From the human T2T-CHM13v2.0 reference genome, Homo sapiens: DNA of 64,000 nucleotides. The stretch lies in the NCBI RefSeq assembly GCF_009914755.1, contig NC_060941.1; one strand, given 5' to 3'. Under the pieces are notes generated by a model. It had not been told where the DNA came from, made no database searches, and was given only the letters and a program-made list of their open reading frames with translations. Positions 18,210 to 34,439 of the stretch are shown in pieces (within the stretch, counting starts at the first letter, position 1; every line of letters starts with the position of its first letter). A program made the translations under genes and the position numbers.

Positions 18210-20956
18210 TTACTACATACATGCCATAAGGACAGTCAAATTCTGACACTACCGAGTGCTTAGTGAGGATGTGTAGCTGCAGGAACTCTTATACACTGCT
18301 TATAAGAACAATAAATTGGTGCAACCACTTTGATTAACAGTTCAGCACCTTCTGGTAAAGTTGAATAAATAGAAGCATACTTAGACGAACTCATGCAGTG
18401 TATCTGCACCAAAAGTGATGAACAATGAATGTCTAGCAGCTTTCTTGTTAAGCCAGAATACTAGAAATAGCCCAGATCTCCAAAAATAGTAAATCAGATA
18501 AATGAATTGTAGCATATTCATAAATGGAATGCCATATAGCCATGGAAATCGACAAACTATAGCTATATGCAACAACATAAATGAAGCTTACAAATATAAT
18601 TTTGAACAAACAATACAAAAGAATACATTTAGAATAATTCAATTTCTTTTATATATATATGTCAAAATATGCAAAATGAATGTATCTTGTTTAGAGGTGA
18701 ATACATAGGAGAGATGATAAGCAAATGAAAAGCAAGAAAAATATTATCTTGAAAGTCAGGATAGTAGTTATTTCTGGGAAGAGGGAGGGGGTTGTCAATG
18801 GAAAAGGTACATAAGGGGGTGTCTTGGAGTGCTGGTAATATTCTAGGTGTTCAAGACCAAAGAGCCTCTTACCCCTGGCCAATGACTGTGGTTAGGGGAA
18901 CTCCTTAAGCTGATTGACTTAAATCTAGAGTGCTGAACCAATCCCTGGCAAGAGAAGTGAGATTATTTAAATTTAGATCAACCCAGGTCCATCCCTAAAA
19001 CTGTGGTGGAATGGGCTGCCCGTGAGGCACACAGACCACTTGGGAAAAGAGTGGATATCTGAATAAAATCATAGTTCTTTTAAGAAGAAGGAGGAAATAA
19101 ATGCTGAGAAGGTACCCACCCACATCAACTGTAACCCTAATTCAGCTGCTGTGATTAAATATTCACAGTTACCATTCCCGGCACTACCCACACTGGACCC
19201 CAGAACCCTCTTATACCACCCCACCACAAGGCATGGGGGTCTTTGTGTTACTCCCTCAGGATTATAGGGTCCAGGTAAGAGCCTGGACACAGTTGAGTCC
19301 AGGTCATTGGCACTCCCCATGTGTCAGGAAGGAGAGGAGAGGAACATCTTTCCTTATTTAGTTCTCTTATTCAAAGAGGGTTCTGCTTCCCATCTGTTCT
19401 GGGATTCCCCTGAAATAGGAGAGGCATTCGAATGCCAGGTAGTCAGTGGGGGTTGGGGAAGAAGGAAGAACACCCTTTGATTGACAAACCCTGTCCAGAT
19501 CCATTCCTCCCTTCGCCCCGCCAACAGCCTTGTATGGTAGATATGGGTGTCACTATTTCCATTGGCAGACAAGGAAACTGAGTCAATGTAAATACCTTGA
19601 CCAAGTTCATACAGCTAATAAATGGCAAAACTCAAACTTACATCCACCGCTTTGACTCTGAAGCTGATTCTCTGCCCACAGCCTCAGGCTGCCTCCTATT
19701 AAAGAGCTTCAGATTATTAATAATGGGAGCAGGTTTGATTGGGAGAGCAAATGGTTTCTCAGGAAATGTCTCAGAGATGGGAGGCTGGGTCACATTCTAC
19801 CCAGGACCTTCCTGGAAACTTCAGTCCTCAGGAGGCTGGTCCTGCCGAGTTAATGGTTGGCTATTTTGGTCTGCACTTGGCTAATCTGCAAGTCCAACCC
19901 ACCCATAACCACCATCCTCACCCCCACCCATAACTCAGTATCCAGATAAAGACTGGAAGGGAGGATATTCCAGAGACTGGATATGGACTCCCTAGGGTGA
20001 TCGGAATCAAAGAATCTTTCTCCAAACCAACCCATTACCCTACACAGAAATTCTCTAGCACCATGAACCCATGACTGAGCACCGCTGGGGGCAGGCACCA
20101 CCTCCTCTGCCAGCTGCCCATTTGAATGTCAGGTGGCCTCCTTGTTAGAACCCCTGACTTCCATCAAGTCAAAAGCTCCCTCCATGTAATGTCCACATCC
20201 TGGTCCAGTTCTGGCCTTGTGCAGGGGGTAAGTGTCCCCAAGACATTCCTTCAGAGAGAAGAGGGAAAAAGAGGATTGGGATGAAGAGATACAGGGGTAA
20301 GGACAAGGCAGAGAAAAAAGATTTTCTTCTTCAAGGTAAAATTCTGAGTCCTGAAAGCTGCTCCCCAGACCAGAATTAAACTTAACACTTAGGCCCTGAG
20401 CTCTAGTGGATCGTGCATATCACAAACCCACAAAAATAAATAAATTGATTAACAAGTACTGGATTGCCTGTAACTCGGGATCCTGCCTCAGCCCTGGCAC
20501 AGCACAGCCCCAGCCCTAAACAGCTGCTCTCATGACTAACACCGTCCAGACCCCAGGAACTGCTTCAACGCTGTTACTGTCCAAAGCTTTACCTTTAGAT
20601 ACCACGAAGGTTTGTGGGTTTTGCCAATGCCAAGGTTGGACACTGAGCAGAGAGGATGCAAGCAGCAGAAACACTTGAGTGAAAGAAAGAAAAGACACAT
20701 GAAATAACTTGCAAAATCTTTCCTGTCACATAGCAGGAATGGGCCAGATCCTTGCATTCAATGGATCACATTTTCCAGGGGCGTTGAGTTGTTTTCTCGC
20801 TTCTTTGATGTTCCTATTAGTTGTTCTAGAGCTATTCATAAATTAATACGGCATTCTCAAGACTTGCACAAGAGTGGTTGAGGGACGCTTTGCAATCTTA
20901 AATAATTCATATTAGTCTTAGATTTGTATATATCTAGGTTTGGACATAATATACAT

Positions 20957-21636
<680 letters not shown>

Positions 21637-21833
21637 ATATACATGAAGCATGATACTAATTCTTTACATTGTCAGACCTTGAATTGCAGAATTGCAATAG
21701 CTTTTTAATAAAAATATTTAATAAGATTTAATTAAATTATCAAAAAATAAAAATGATTTTATTAAATAATTTTATTAGTTTCATATTAATGATAATTTAT
21801 ATTTTACCTTTAATTTTAATAGATAATTTGGAA

Positions 21834-22045
21834 CAGGGGTCAACCAACTTTTTCTCACAGGGAAAGACAATAAACATTTTTTACTTTTCAGGACATGTGA
21901 TCTCTGTTACAACTACTCAAATCTGGTGTTGTAGCAAAAAAGCGCTGTAGACAGTATGTAAAGGAATAGATGTGGCTGTGTTCCATAAATGCTTGTTTAC
22001 AAAAACAGGCCCACAACCATGGACCTTATTTTGTTGATCCTTGAT
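21834..22045. mobile_element. MER58A hAT-Charlie MITE
   Basis: caggggtcaaccaactttttc...tctctgttacaactactcaa...gtggctgtgttcca...ttgatccttg. Confidence 0.85.
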
Positions 22046-22120
22046 TTAGAAGATAAGAACTTTTTTAAAAAACAAAATCATTTTTAATTTTTTACACTCA
22101 CCTCAATTTGATGAAAATAC

Positions 22121-22431
22121 TTTTTTTTTTTTTTTTTTTGAGACAGGATCTCACTCTGTCACCCAGGCTGGAGTGCAGTGGCATGATCTCGGCTCACTGC
22201 AACCTCCACCTCCTGGGTTCAAGTGATTTTCATGCCTCAGCCTCCTGAGTAGCTGGGATTACAGGTGCGCACTACCACGCCTGGCTCATTTTTTTTTTTT
22301 TTTTGTATTTTTAGTAGAGACTGGTTTCCCCCTGTTGGCCAGGCTAGTCTCAAACTCCTGACCTCAAATGATCCACCTGCCTCGGCCTCCCAAAGTGCTG
22401 GGATTACAGGTGTGAACCACCACATCCGGCC
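22121..22431 (-). mobile_element. AluS
   Basis: Antisense dimer; TSD tgatgaaaatacttt. Confidence 0.92.
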
Positions 22432-22546
22432 TGATGAAAATACTTTAAAAAATTTATTTTATTCATGCAAGTTTATGGGTTACATGAGAAAATTTGTTAC
22501 ATGTACCTGAAAATACATTTGAATACATTTTTTTTAAGCTCATTAC

Positions 22547-22815
22547 TACTTTGGGAGGTCAAGGTGGGAGGATCACTTGAAACCAGGAGTTTGAGACCAG
22601 ACTGGGCAACAAAGAAAGACTCCATTTCTATAAAATTTTCTTTAAAAATTAGCCAGGTATGGTGGCATGTGCCACCCAGCAACTCAGGAAGCTGTGGTGG
22701 AAGGAATTTGAGGCTGAGCCAAGGAATTTGAGGCTGCAGTGAGCTATGATCATACCACTGCACTCCAGCTTAGGCAACACAGTGAGATCCTATCTCTAAA
22801 AATAATAATAATAAT
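22547..22815 (+). mobile_element. AluJ, 5' truncated
   Basis: Starts at actttgggagg; (AAT)n tail. Confidence 0.85.
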
Positions 22816-22819
22816 GATA

Positions 22820-23619
<800 letters not shown>

Positions 23620-23639
23620 TAGTCATCTAAAATAGTCTT

Positions 23640-24262
23640 TACAGTTAACATTTTTTATATAAGTAGAGAGAATACACTCTAAAATAATGATAAGTAGCAT
23701 AATAAATACATAAACTAGTAACATAGTAGTTTATTATCATTATCGAGTATCAGGTACTGTACCTAATTTTTTTTTTTTTGAGACAGTGTCTCACTCTGCA
23801 CTCTGTCACTTTGTCATCTAGGCTGTAGTGCAGTGGTAGGATCATGGCTCACTGCAGCTACTTCCCAAGTAGCTGGACTTAGGAAGCATGGTAGCATGCC
23901 ACCATGCCAGTCTAGTTTTGTATTTTTTGTAGACACAGGGTTTCACCACATTGCCCAGGCTGGTCTTAAACTCCTGGCCTTAAGTGATCCACCCGCCTTG
24001 GCCTCCCAGAGTGCTTTGATTACAGGCGTGAGCCACCATGCCCAGCCTGTACATGTTATACTCATATGACTAGCAGTGGAGTAGGTTTGTTTATACCAGC
24101 ATCACCACAAACATTTGAGTAATGCATTGCACTGTGACATTATGATGGCTACAACATCACTAGGCAATAGGAATTTTCCAGCTCCATTGTAATTGCAATG
24201 GGGCCACCATGGTATATGTGGTCTATTGTTGATTATGATGTCATTATGTGGTGCACAACTAT
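23640..24262. mobile_element. Tigger3a/b (TcMar) fragment interrupted by AluJ (23767-24047, minus)
   Basis: cactaggcaataggaattttccagctccattgtaat and terminal gtcattatgtggtgcacaact-TA. Confidence 0.82.
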
Positions 24263-24414
24263 AGTACCTTCCATGTAAGGTTGCTATGAGGATTCAGTGA
24301 GATTGAAATACTGTAAGGAAGGAACTTACACTTCCCGTCACAGATGCAAAATGTCAGCTGATGCCATGGATAAAGATGTTACTAAATATGTTGCCCAGCA
24401 TTAAAAAGGAATAA

Positions 24415-24749
<335 letters not shown>

Positions 24750-27700
24750 TATTCTGCCTTTACTGTAAGGAGAATATATTTTTTAAATCATATATTTATA
24801 GTTTCTTATTAAGCTTAAAATCATGACAGAGAATATTCTGGAAACTAATGCCAATATTGACAGAGGAGATTAGGTGGGGGTGGGGGAGTGGGATGGAGTG
24901 TATGAAGAGGTTTTTTGCTGTTTCCCTGTTTATGTATTTTATTTTTGCATTTGAACCATGTGAATGCAATTCTTATTTATAAAATCAAATCAAACCTTTA
25001 ATTTAATATTACAAATGTGTTGTAAAGAGCTGAATGCAACACTGTGGCTAAACCAGGTAGAGCAGTTCTCTCCCCTCCCTTGACCTAGAGGCTCCCTATC
25101 TGCTCAGACCACGTTAGCCTCCCAGACCACGTTAGCATGTTTTCACCTCTGCACCACACACCTCATCCCACCCGGCTTCCAGTCAGCAAACTCACTGAGG
25201 TAGTTGGCCTGGCCCTTGGCTGCAGTCGCCTGCCCTGGCAGGGCCTGGCTGTCATTGGGGGACAGTGTAGTGAACATCTCTCCCTCCATCTCTTCCTGCC
25301 CACAGCCCAAGCACAGGGCTCACACTCTGTCTGGCTTTGGGACATACCTCCCACCCTGGCAGGGGGTCGCTTGTTTGGACTTCATGATACCACTGCGGGC
25401 CCATGATTCCAACTCTGCTACTTTGGAGCTGCCTTCCCAGCTCAGGTTAGGTGCTGCCCTCCTGCCTGTGGCTCCTTCCTGCCCTGGACCCTACACTTGG
25501 ACCCCCAGCCGCCGCCTGGCCCCTGCTTAGGCCTTAGTCCTTGCTTGCTTGGAAATTCTGTGCTGGCCCCCAGCCTGTGCTCTGAGCATGCCCTCCCAGC
25601 CCCCTCGGGCCTCTCTGGGCCACGCCCTGGAGGAAAATAATATTAATAATAACAACTGCAGTGCCTTTGAGAAGCCAGCAGTTTGGAGTGTGGGAAAGAT
25701 AGCTATAAGGTATATATATATATTTTTGATTCCTCTTCACAGTTTAGGACAGAAATAACCTATTAGAGGAAAATCTTGCATCTACATTGGAAGCCAAGAA
25801 GAGTCCTTCACATGCCAGAAACAATGAGGACTTTATGCGAAGTACAGAGCATGCAGGACCAGGTTAGAGAAGGACCTTCGGGACCAGCCCCCAAGCCACC
25901 TCGCCTGGGAGAGGCATGGACTCACGAAAGCAACAGCTCTCCAAAACAGGAAAGAATAATCCGATTGGATCCCTGGGAAGCAGGGTGTAAAACTGCAGAA
26001 CTGAGCCAAGACGTGAGTCCCTGCTCCCCCATCCCTCCTGGCCATTCTAAAGCTCAACATGCACTCAAGGGAACCGTTTCCCAACCTCGTTAGCAATCCC
26101 ATCAGCACCCATAAATATGTTTCTATTGACTTCTGTTTCAGTCTTTAACAGTATCCTATGAACTATTTCAGTAAACAGTGCAAGGCAAAGGAAAAGAAGA
26201 TTCAAAGAGCAGAATAAATCTTTAAAATGTGAACATAAGCTCTGGCCAACTCTGCCTTGGTCTGCCAAGGAGGAGCTTAGGGCACTGACTGAGACACAGC
26301 ACACGGACCAGGCACGGATGTGGCCATCAGGGCTCTGCCAGCATCTCCAGCAGCGTCGCTGAGTGGAGAGGGAAGGAAGCTTCCAGAACTAGAACTAGAG
26401 AAGAAGGCTGGCTGGAGTGACAGAGAGAAAGAGAGAAAAGGCTCAGCCAATCACAGAGTTGCGAGGCACCTCGGAGACCCTCTGGTCCTCCCCGACTGTG
26501 ATGTGGCACTTGGGGGCTCTGTCAAGGACTGTCCAGGTTCAAATCCTGGCTCCACCACTCACTAGCTGTGCACTCTCTGGTCTCGGTTTCTTAATCTGTA
26601 ACTTGTGGATAAAAATAGCATCTGTCACATAGGACCTATGTCAGCATAAAATGAGATAATTCACATCAAGTCACTTAGCTCAGGCACTCAATAATCATAC
26701 GTGACATGATATTACACACAGGACTTTGGGGGCTCTGAGAAGCCCCAGGGACGTCCCACAGTCCAATCTCTCTCTCGAGAATGATTATCTCCCAAATTCC
26801 TTTCATTAATTCCCCACCCCCACCCTACCAGTTCTCCCAGAGATGATTAGGTTCTGGGAACAGGTTGCCACAAAACATTAATTTGTTTAAGCTATTTATT
26901 ATGTAAGATAGTGGTTGAATATCTGGCCCAAGACAGTTAATGGTGTTCCTGGGAGGCTGGCTCATTCAAAACCAAATCATGGGTCAGGTGGCAGTTGGTG
27001 AATGTAGGGACCAAACAGCAGTGTCCCGTAGCAGAAGGAGCCCAGCTCTGGGACACAGCCTGGTTCCCACCACTTGTGTGGGCCTTGGACACATTGCTTA
27101 ACTTCTCGGGCCTTTAGTTTTCTCACTCATAAAATGGGCATGATCATACTGTCACCAGGATTGCTGGGAAAAGCAAATGGGGTCATATATGTAAAGGGCC
27201 CCCAACATTGTGGAACTGACCGAATGGTGTCCCCACAAGTCAGGAGATCCAGTTGGGATTTCCAGCTTAGCTGGAACTTCAGGCAAGTCATTTCTTTGTC
27301 AGGATCTGACTGGATCATATGCCTGAAAGTGTTTTAATGATGACAAAAATTTGCATCTTGTTTACTCAGCACTCTTACATACTGGGCCTCACTGATATCT
27401 CTGAGGCTCAGAGAGGTAAAGTGATTTACCCAGGGTCACACAGCAAATGAGTGGCAAAGCAGGAGATAAGACACTAGTTTTGCAACTGTAAATCACCAGC
27501 CCTTTCTCTCTATGCCTGTTTGCCCCAGAGCTTGGGGCTGTATAGGCTGGTGGGCAGGTTCACCCCCACATCAGCCTAGGCCCTGGCATTGCTTACCAGC
27601 TCCTTCCCCACTGGTGAGGGGACCCAGGGAATATCTGCTGCTGTCCCCAGGGACTGACGTGATGGGGCTAGGTTGTGAGCCCTGGTCGGTCTGCAAGTGT

Positions 27701-28706
27701 CAGATAGGATGATACATTAAAAGCACAAAGCACAGCACTTGGCTTCTCTCAAATCCTCCATAGATGTCAGTTAGCTTGAGTACTGCCAGATTAGAAGCTC
27801 TCGTGGGCAGGGATTGTGTGTTTTGTGCCTATAAACTCTGGTAACTACTAACTGAGAAAAAACACACAGTACCCTGGGGAAGAGCAGGAGTTAGGACTGT
27901 GGCCAAGAAAGAATGCATGAAAGAGACAGAGAAGAACGGTCAGGGAAGTAGGAGAACCAAGGCGGTATTTTAGCCTAGAAACTAAGGGAGGAGAGAATGT
28001 TCAGGAAGGAAAAGGTCATGGTGTCAAATGCTGCCAAGAGGCTACAGAGGGTAAGAATGAAGCTTTTTTCCTTTGGATTTTGCACTTAAGAGCATGAGAG
28101 GCCTTTGTAAAAGTGTCAGTGGGGTGATCAGATGGCAGAGGACTTCATGGCCAAGGGAGAAGAGACAGAGAATTAGGGGGCTCCTTCCAGCACAACCAGA
28201 ATAACTAGCACTTATGGAGCACTTGACATGTGCCCACCCACTGTGAAGCATATTTTGTACAATATTTCAGTAATTCCTGTCAACATCCTGCAAGGTGTGC
28301 TATTGTCCCCATCCTAACATGATAAGATCAGATGGCTTAAATAATTTCCCCAAAGTCACACAGCTAAGAAGAAGGAGATCCAGGAGTTAAGCATGGTTCT
28401 CTTTGATTTCTTAACTTGAGTCTTAATCAATGTAGGGAAGAGAGGAAGAATAGCAGAAAGGGGCCCCAAGGTGGCAAGGACCCAGGATCTGGGACTCAGG
28501 AGGTTGAGGATGCCCCCTTCTTCTGGGTGCTGTCTATCTGAGCCACTTAGTCTAAACCAAGAGTTACTTTGATACCATACATAGTTTTACAGGCTGAAGG
28601 AACTTCTCTGCACCCCTGATTCCATAATAAGCCCTTTTGGCAGTGTGAGCCAATGAGGAAGCTTCTGGAAGAGAGTTGAGCCCCGAATCCTTTGAAGATT
28701 AAAACA

Positions 28707-29080
<374 letters not shown>

Positions 29081-31924
29081 TCACATGAGCATAATGTTCA
29101 AATTTCCATTATCTCAACTGGTCCTCCAACCAGCCCATGGTGGACACACGGAATCATCCCATTTGACATATGTGAAAACTGAAGCTGAGAGATTTTGTCA
29201 GGAACTGAGGCATCTGAGTGCTACAGGGTTCTGCTGAGAGTAAACTGAAATCTTGTTCTCTGACCAATCCTGCCAAGAGACCAAGGAGAAGGAAATCACA
29301 GAAGACAGTCCAGGACGAGTCATTCATTCATTCATTCTGCATTTATGTGTTGACCACCTACTATGAGCAGACCCTGTTCAAGGCAGAGATTTAGAGGCAG
29401 AAAGACAACAATCCCTGGCTTCAAGCTGGGGAGACAGACGAGAAAACAGATGGTGACTCAATACTTCTGTAAGTGCCAGGGAAGCCCAGAGGCCTTGGTG
29501 CAAGGATGCTGGGATGGGAGGAGCTGCACTGCTAGGAAAGGAAGCTTGAGGTGCAGCGCTACACCCCTGAACATGAGCAATATCTTCCCCATTCTGGTGC
29601 TCTTATCAGGACAGGGCAGCCAGACACCAAGACACCTGTGGGTGTCCTGCCGACCCAGACAGCCCCGTCAACAGACCTTGTGCTGTCCACTTTCTCTGCA
29701 ACCTCAATAGCAAGCCCCGGCCAGACACTGCCAATGGGCTGAGGTCTGGGGACAGAACCTGGACCCAGCATGAGTCAGGCTCAAGACAGTCTCATCCTTG
29801 CTAGCAGCTCTGCGTGACCCGGGCCACTCAACTCACACCCCTGAGCCTTGATTTCTTCATCTGTCCAGTGGGGTCAGGCCTACCCCTATAAGCCACCAGG
29901 AGAATGAAATGGGGTCATGTCCATGGCAGGGCTTTTTCAGCCGTGAATCTCTTTACGAAGAGCAGAGGCTTTTTGTCCAAGGCTCCTGGTGCATTCCCAG
30001 CACTGAAGTTCGGGACAGTCCTCGCCTCCCGACAAAGGCAGTGGATGAGTTAATTCTTAAGCTCTTCAGCCCGTGGAGAGCAGAGGCAGAGCAAAGGGCA
30101 GGCCTAGAGGCCTCTTTTGGAAATGACAAGATCCATTTAGCAATCAATTAGCACAGTCCCCAGGCTCCGGGCCTGCACACTCGGCAGAAAGAATGCGTCC
30201 TGCTGCACTGATTAGAAACAGATGCGCTGGCAAACAGAGCTGGCCGAGCAGGGCCGGAATTCCTGGGCACCCAGCTCCTGGCTGGGAGACGGGATTTGTT
30301 ATTACATTCTGGGCACCGACACAGGGAGGGAGGCCAAGGAAACCAAGCTAAGAGAGCAGCCTGCCTGGAGAATGTCTACCTTTGAGAAGATTCAGAGGCA
30401 GGAGGGGGAAGAATGTTGACTCTGTTAGAAATAATCTGGGAAAAAATTAGTTCAGCCAAATACAGAATATGACTTTTGACCAACAGATGCTAAAATTCCA
30501 AATGTGACAAGGCCGACAGATGAGGAAATGAGTGACTTGGGAGCTTGGCAAGTGGCAGGAGGCCTGAAATCTCTGGTGTCTTGGAAAATGACGCCCCCAT
30601 TGCCAACCTCATTTACAGAGCTATTGTGTACAGGGCCCCGCAGCAAGCCCTTCGTGTGCTATCTCATTTATTGATCACAGCCACCCTCTTATTTCACCCA
30701 TTTTGCAGATGAGAAAACTGAGTCACACATAGGTCCAGCAACTTGCCTAAAATTGCACGGCTAGTAAGTAGCAGATCCAGCGCTTAAAGCCAGCTGTCTG
30801 ACTTGAGAGGCCCCTCTCTTGGCCATGATGGTATTAATTCCTCTTCTTTCAATTCATTCCTTCTCCCTTAACAAATGAAAGGGCAGCTTTGAGCTCCTCT
30901 ACCACAGTCTCGAAGCACTGCAGGAAAGGTCCACTGCAGTGTCCCTGACAGTGGTCAGCAACCTCGGTTATACTCTCCCAGTGACGAGGGGCTCACTGTC
31001 TCTTAAGGCTATGCTGCCTCTAATCTTGGACAGTTTGCAAGGTTGGCCAGTCTTTCTTCTATTAAGCCAAAAGTTGGGTCCCTGCAAGCTTGAGGCGTCC
31101 CCCAGCAGTGCTGCTTCTGCCCTCCAGATTCCCTTAGAAGGCAACTAATTCTTTTTCCCTAGGACCATACCAGGCCATAAGGATGGCCCTATCTTTATTT
31201 TTTTAAGCAGAATAGCCTCTGTTTGAGCAGCTGCTGCCAGCACGGGCAGCTGTGGTGCTCTCACCTCATCACCGACACATTCCCCTGACACCTTCCAACC
31301 CATCGATGTCCCTGGTGGGTCCGGGCATGGACGTGAGGGTCAACCAGGTCTCCCATCTCCCAGCAGCACAAAATGGAACAGCCTTTAAAATATTATTTTA
31401 ATATGGTTTGTTTGCCATTACAAGAAAGATACATTCTCACTAAAGGAAACGTAGAAAATGCAGTGAGCAGAGCAAAAGTGCCTCCCCAGAGAAAGAAAAA
31501 TCACCCATGATTCCACCTCCAGCCTTTTTTGCTATGCTTCATTTTTAACCTTGCTTCGTTTATTCTATAGCTACACATCGCATCCTACCCCAAAACTGGA
31601 GAGACAGACAGGAGTACACAGAAAATCACAACTTAGCAGGACAGAAAACCTGAGCAGAAACCACTGTGGGAACCAGTATTGGGGCAGGAAAACCTGAACC
31701 GTAACTGGTAATTGCTGGAGTCTCAGCGTGGACGAGTCTGAGAGTAAAACCCCGAGGGAGCCCAGTTGCAGGCGAGCCCTCACTCTTGTGTGAGTCTTAT
31801 CTACAGGAGCTCTAACAGCTTCTCACAGTGATGATCAGAGAAAAATCCAGTGTTCCCAGCAGGAGGAGGTGAAAAGTAGCCATTCTGAAATGCACCAGAG
31901 CATTCTGTTCTCTGTAAGAAGGAT

Positions 31925-32263
<339 letters not shown>

Positions 32264-32683
32264 CTAACCTACTGGGGCTTTATGAGAGCCCAATAACCCG
32301 GGGGAAGAGAAATAGCCAACTCTAGCCCCCTCTAGCCACCCTTTTCCACCTAAGGAGGGGGTACTGAGAATCACTTGTGAAGATCACAGCCCAAGGGCAC
32401 AGGCTCACCAACAGACTGAGGCCTAATCACAGGACTATCGAACACTTCCTTTCCCCGCAGCATCTGACCACCAAATCACTAAAGGCCTGTTGACTACAGT
32501 TCCATTTACCCAGTACATCATGTCTGGCCATCAAGAAAAAAATTACAAGGCATACCAAAACACAAAAAAACACAGTTTGAAGAGACTGAGCAAGCATCAG
32601 AACCAGACTCAGACATGGGAGAAATGTTGGAATTAAATCAGACCAGAAATGTTTAAAAAACTATAATTAAGATGCTAAGGGCG

Positions 32684-32983
32684 ACCAGGCATGGTGGCTC
32701 ATACCTGTAATTCCAGCACTTTGGGAGGCCAAGGTGCTAGGATCACTTGAGACCAGGAGTTTGAAACTCGCTCTGGCAACACAGCAAGCCCCCTGATTCT
32801 ACAAAATATTTTAAAATTAGCTGGGCATGGTGGTACGTGCCTGTAGTCCCAACTATGTGTGGGAGGCTGAGGTGGAGGATCGCTCGAGCCTGGGAGGTCG
32901 AGGCTGCTGTGAGCCCTGATCATGCGCCACTGCATTCCATTCTGGGCAACAGAGCAAGACTCTGTCTCAAAAAAAAAAAAAAA
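32684..32983 (+). mobile_element. AluJ
   Basis: Dimer with A-tail; downstream TSD absent. Confidence 0.88.
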
Positions 32984-34085
32984 GCACTCTTCATTTCTGT
33001 TACCATGCTTCTGATCTCTAGCAGAGAATCATACAAACAAAAACAGGGAATTTGTTGTTAGTAGACCTGCCTTGTGAGAAATGTTAAAAGAAGCTTTTCA
33101 GAGAGAAGGAAAATTATATGTCAGAAACCTGGATCTCCATGAAGAAAGGAGAAGCACTAGAAAAGGAATAAGTAATGGTAAAATAGAACCACAGGATGTC
33201 ACAACTGGAAACACTCTTAAAGATCATCCTCTCAAGTTGTGGATGGTAGAGCTGAGTCCAGAGAGGGCAAGTGACTTGCCCATGGTCACACAGTGGCGGT
33301 GCCTGGCCAGGAGCCAAGGGCTTCCGGCTCCCAGCTCAGGGCTCTCTCCACTGCCACGCCCACATGGCTCAAAGTGAGTATACTCCCAGACAGCCAGGGA
33401 GGGCTCAAGTTAGGACAAGGTTTGTTATTCTTTGACACTAAGAGGAATAAATCAATCAAGTCATTCTTAGCTAAAACAAGTGACCTCTTACCAAGAGTTC
33501 AAATTTAATCATAATAAATAAAAAGAGGGAATGGAAATCAGCAATGGTGCAGCAGACCACAGATGAGGTGATCTGGAAGCACACAGAGCACTTCCATTCT
33601 CCTCGATGGCCACTCTCTCTCTCGCTTTCCTTCTTCCTCTCTCCTACGCTCTCAGTTGCCACCACCAACAACCCCTTTGGGGTCATTAGACTTGCAGCTC
33701 TTGGGTATGAGGTACTGACATCTTGACACCTGGAGAAGAGAGTGGGCGCACAGGACCACACTCTCCAATCAAATCAGATCCAGAGGGCATGACTAGAGGG
33801 GGAAAGTCTTCCTATGACTGCTGGGACGGGTTAATTTGTGGAAAACAGAAATGTAAGTGGACAACATCATCTAGAAATCCCCTTTACCAGCACGGAACTT
33901 CCAGAGACTTAAGTTGCTTCACATCTCTGGTATCAGAGTCCTCATCTGTCCAATTTATTCTTTCAATGTATTCCACAAAAATTTCTTGAGTGCTTGCTGT
34001 GGGCCATGATCTGCTGGGCACTGGGGGACAGCCAAGAGGTTTAAAGATCTCGGTTACCAAGAGAAACTAAGAACAAAAGAAGAGA

Positions 34086-34378
34086 GGCTGGGCACAGTTG
34101 CTCGCACCTGTAATCCCAGCACTTTGGGAGGCTGAGGCTGGCGGATCACTTGAGGTCAGGAGTTCGAGACCAGCCTGGCCAACATGGCAAAACCTTGTCT
34201 CTACTAAAAATATAAAAATTAGCCAGACAAGGTGGTGTATGCCCGTAATCCCAGCTACTCAGGAGGCTGAAGGTAGGAGAATCACTTGAACTCAGGAGGC
34301 AGAGGTTGCAGTGAGCTGATATTGCACCACTGCACTCCAGCCTGGGTGACAGAGTGAGACTCTGTCTCAAAAAAAAAG
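34086..34378 (+). mobile_element. AluS
   Basis: Full dimer with A-tail. Confidence 0.92.
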
Positions 34379-34439
34379 AGAATATTAATTAAATACTTTT
34401 TTTCTTTTCAGGCATTATAATAGGCAAAAGGGACACAAT

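Noticed and set aside
20079-20097. CTCF-like motif accgctgggggcag
   Set aside because: Several mismatches in the 5' half of the core; not distinguishable from chance.
20586-20700. Minus-strand exon with AAG/GTAAAG donor
   Set aside because: Ambiguous acceptor and no partner exons or protein similarity.
25723-25870. Plus-strand acceptor (ttcctcttcacag) and possible coding exon
   Set aside because: Stops in all three frames just after the acceptor and only a weak donor; at most a lncRNA exon, unsupported.
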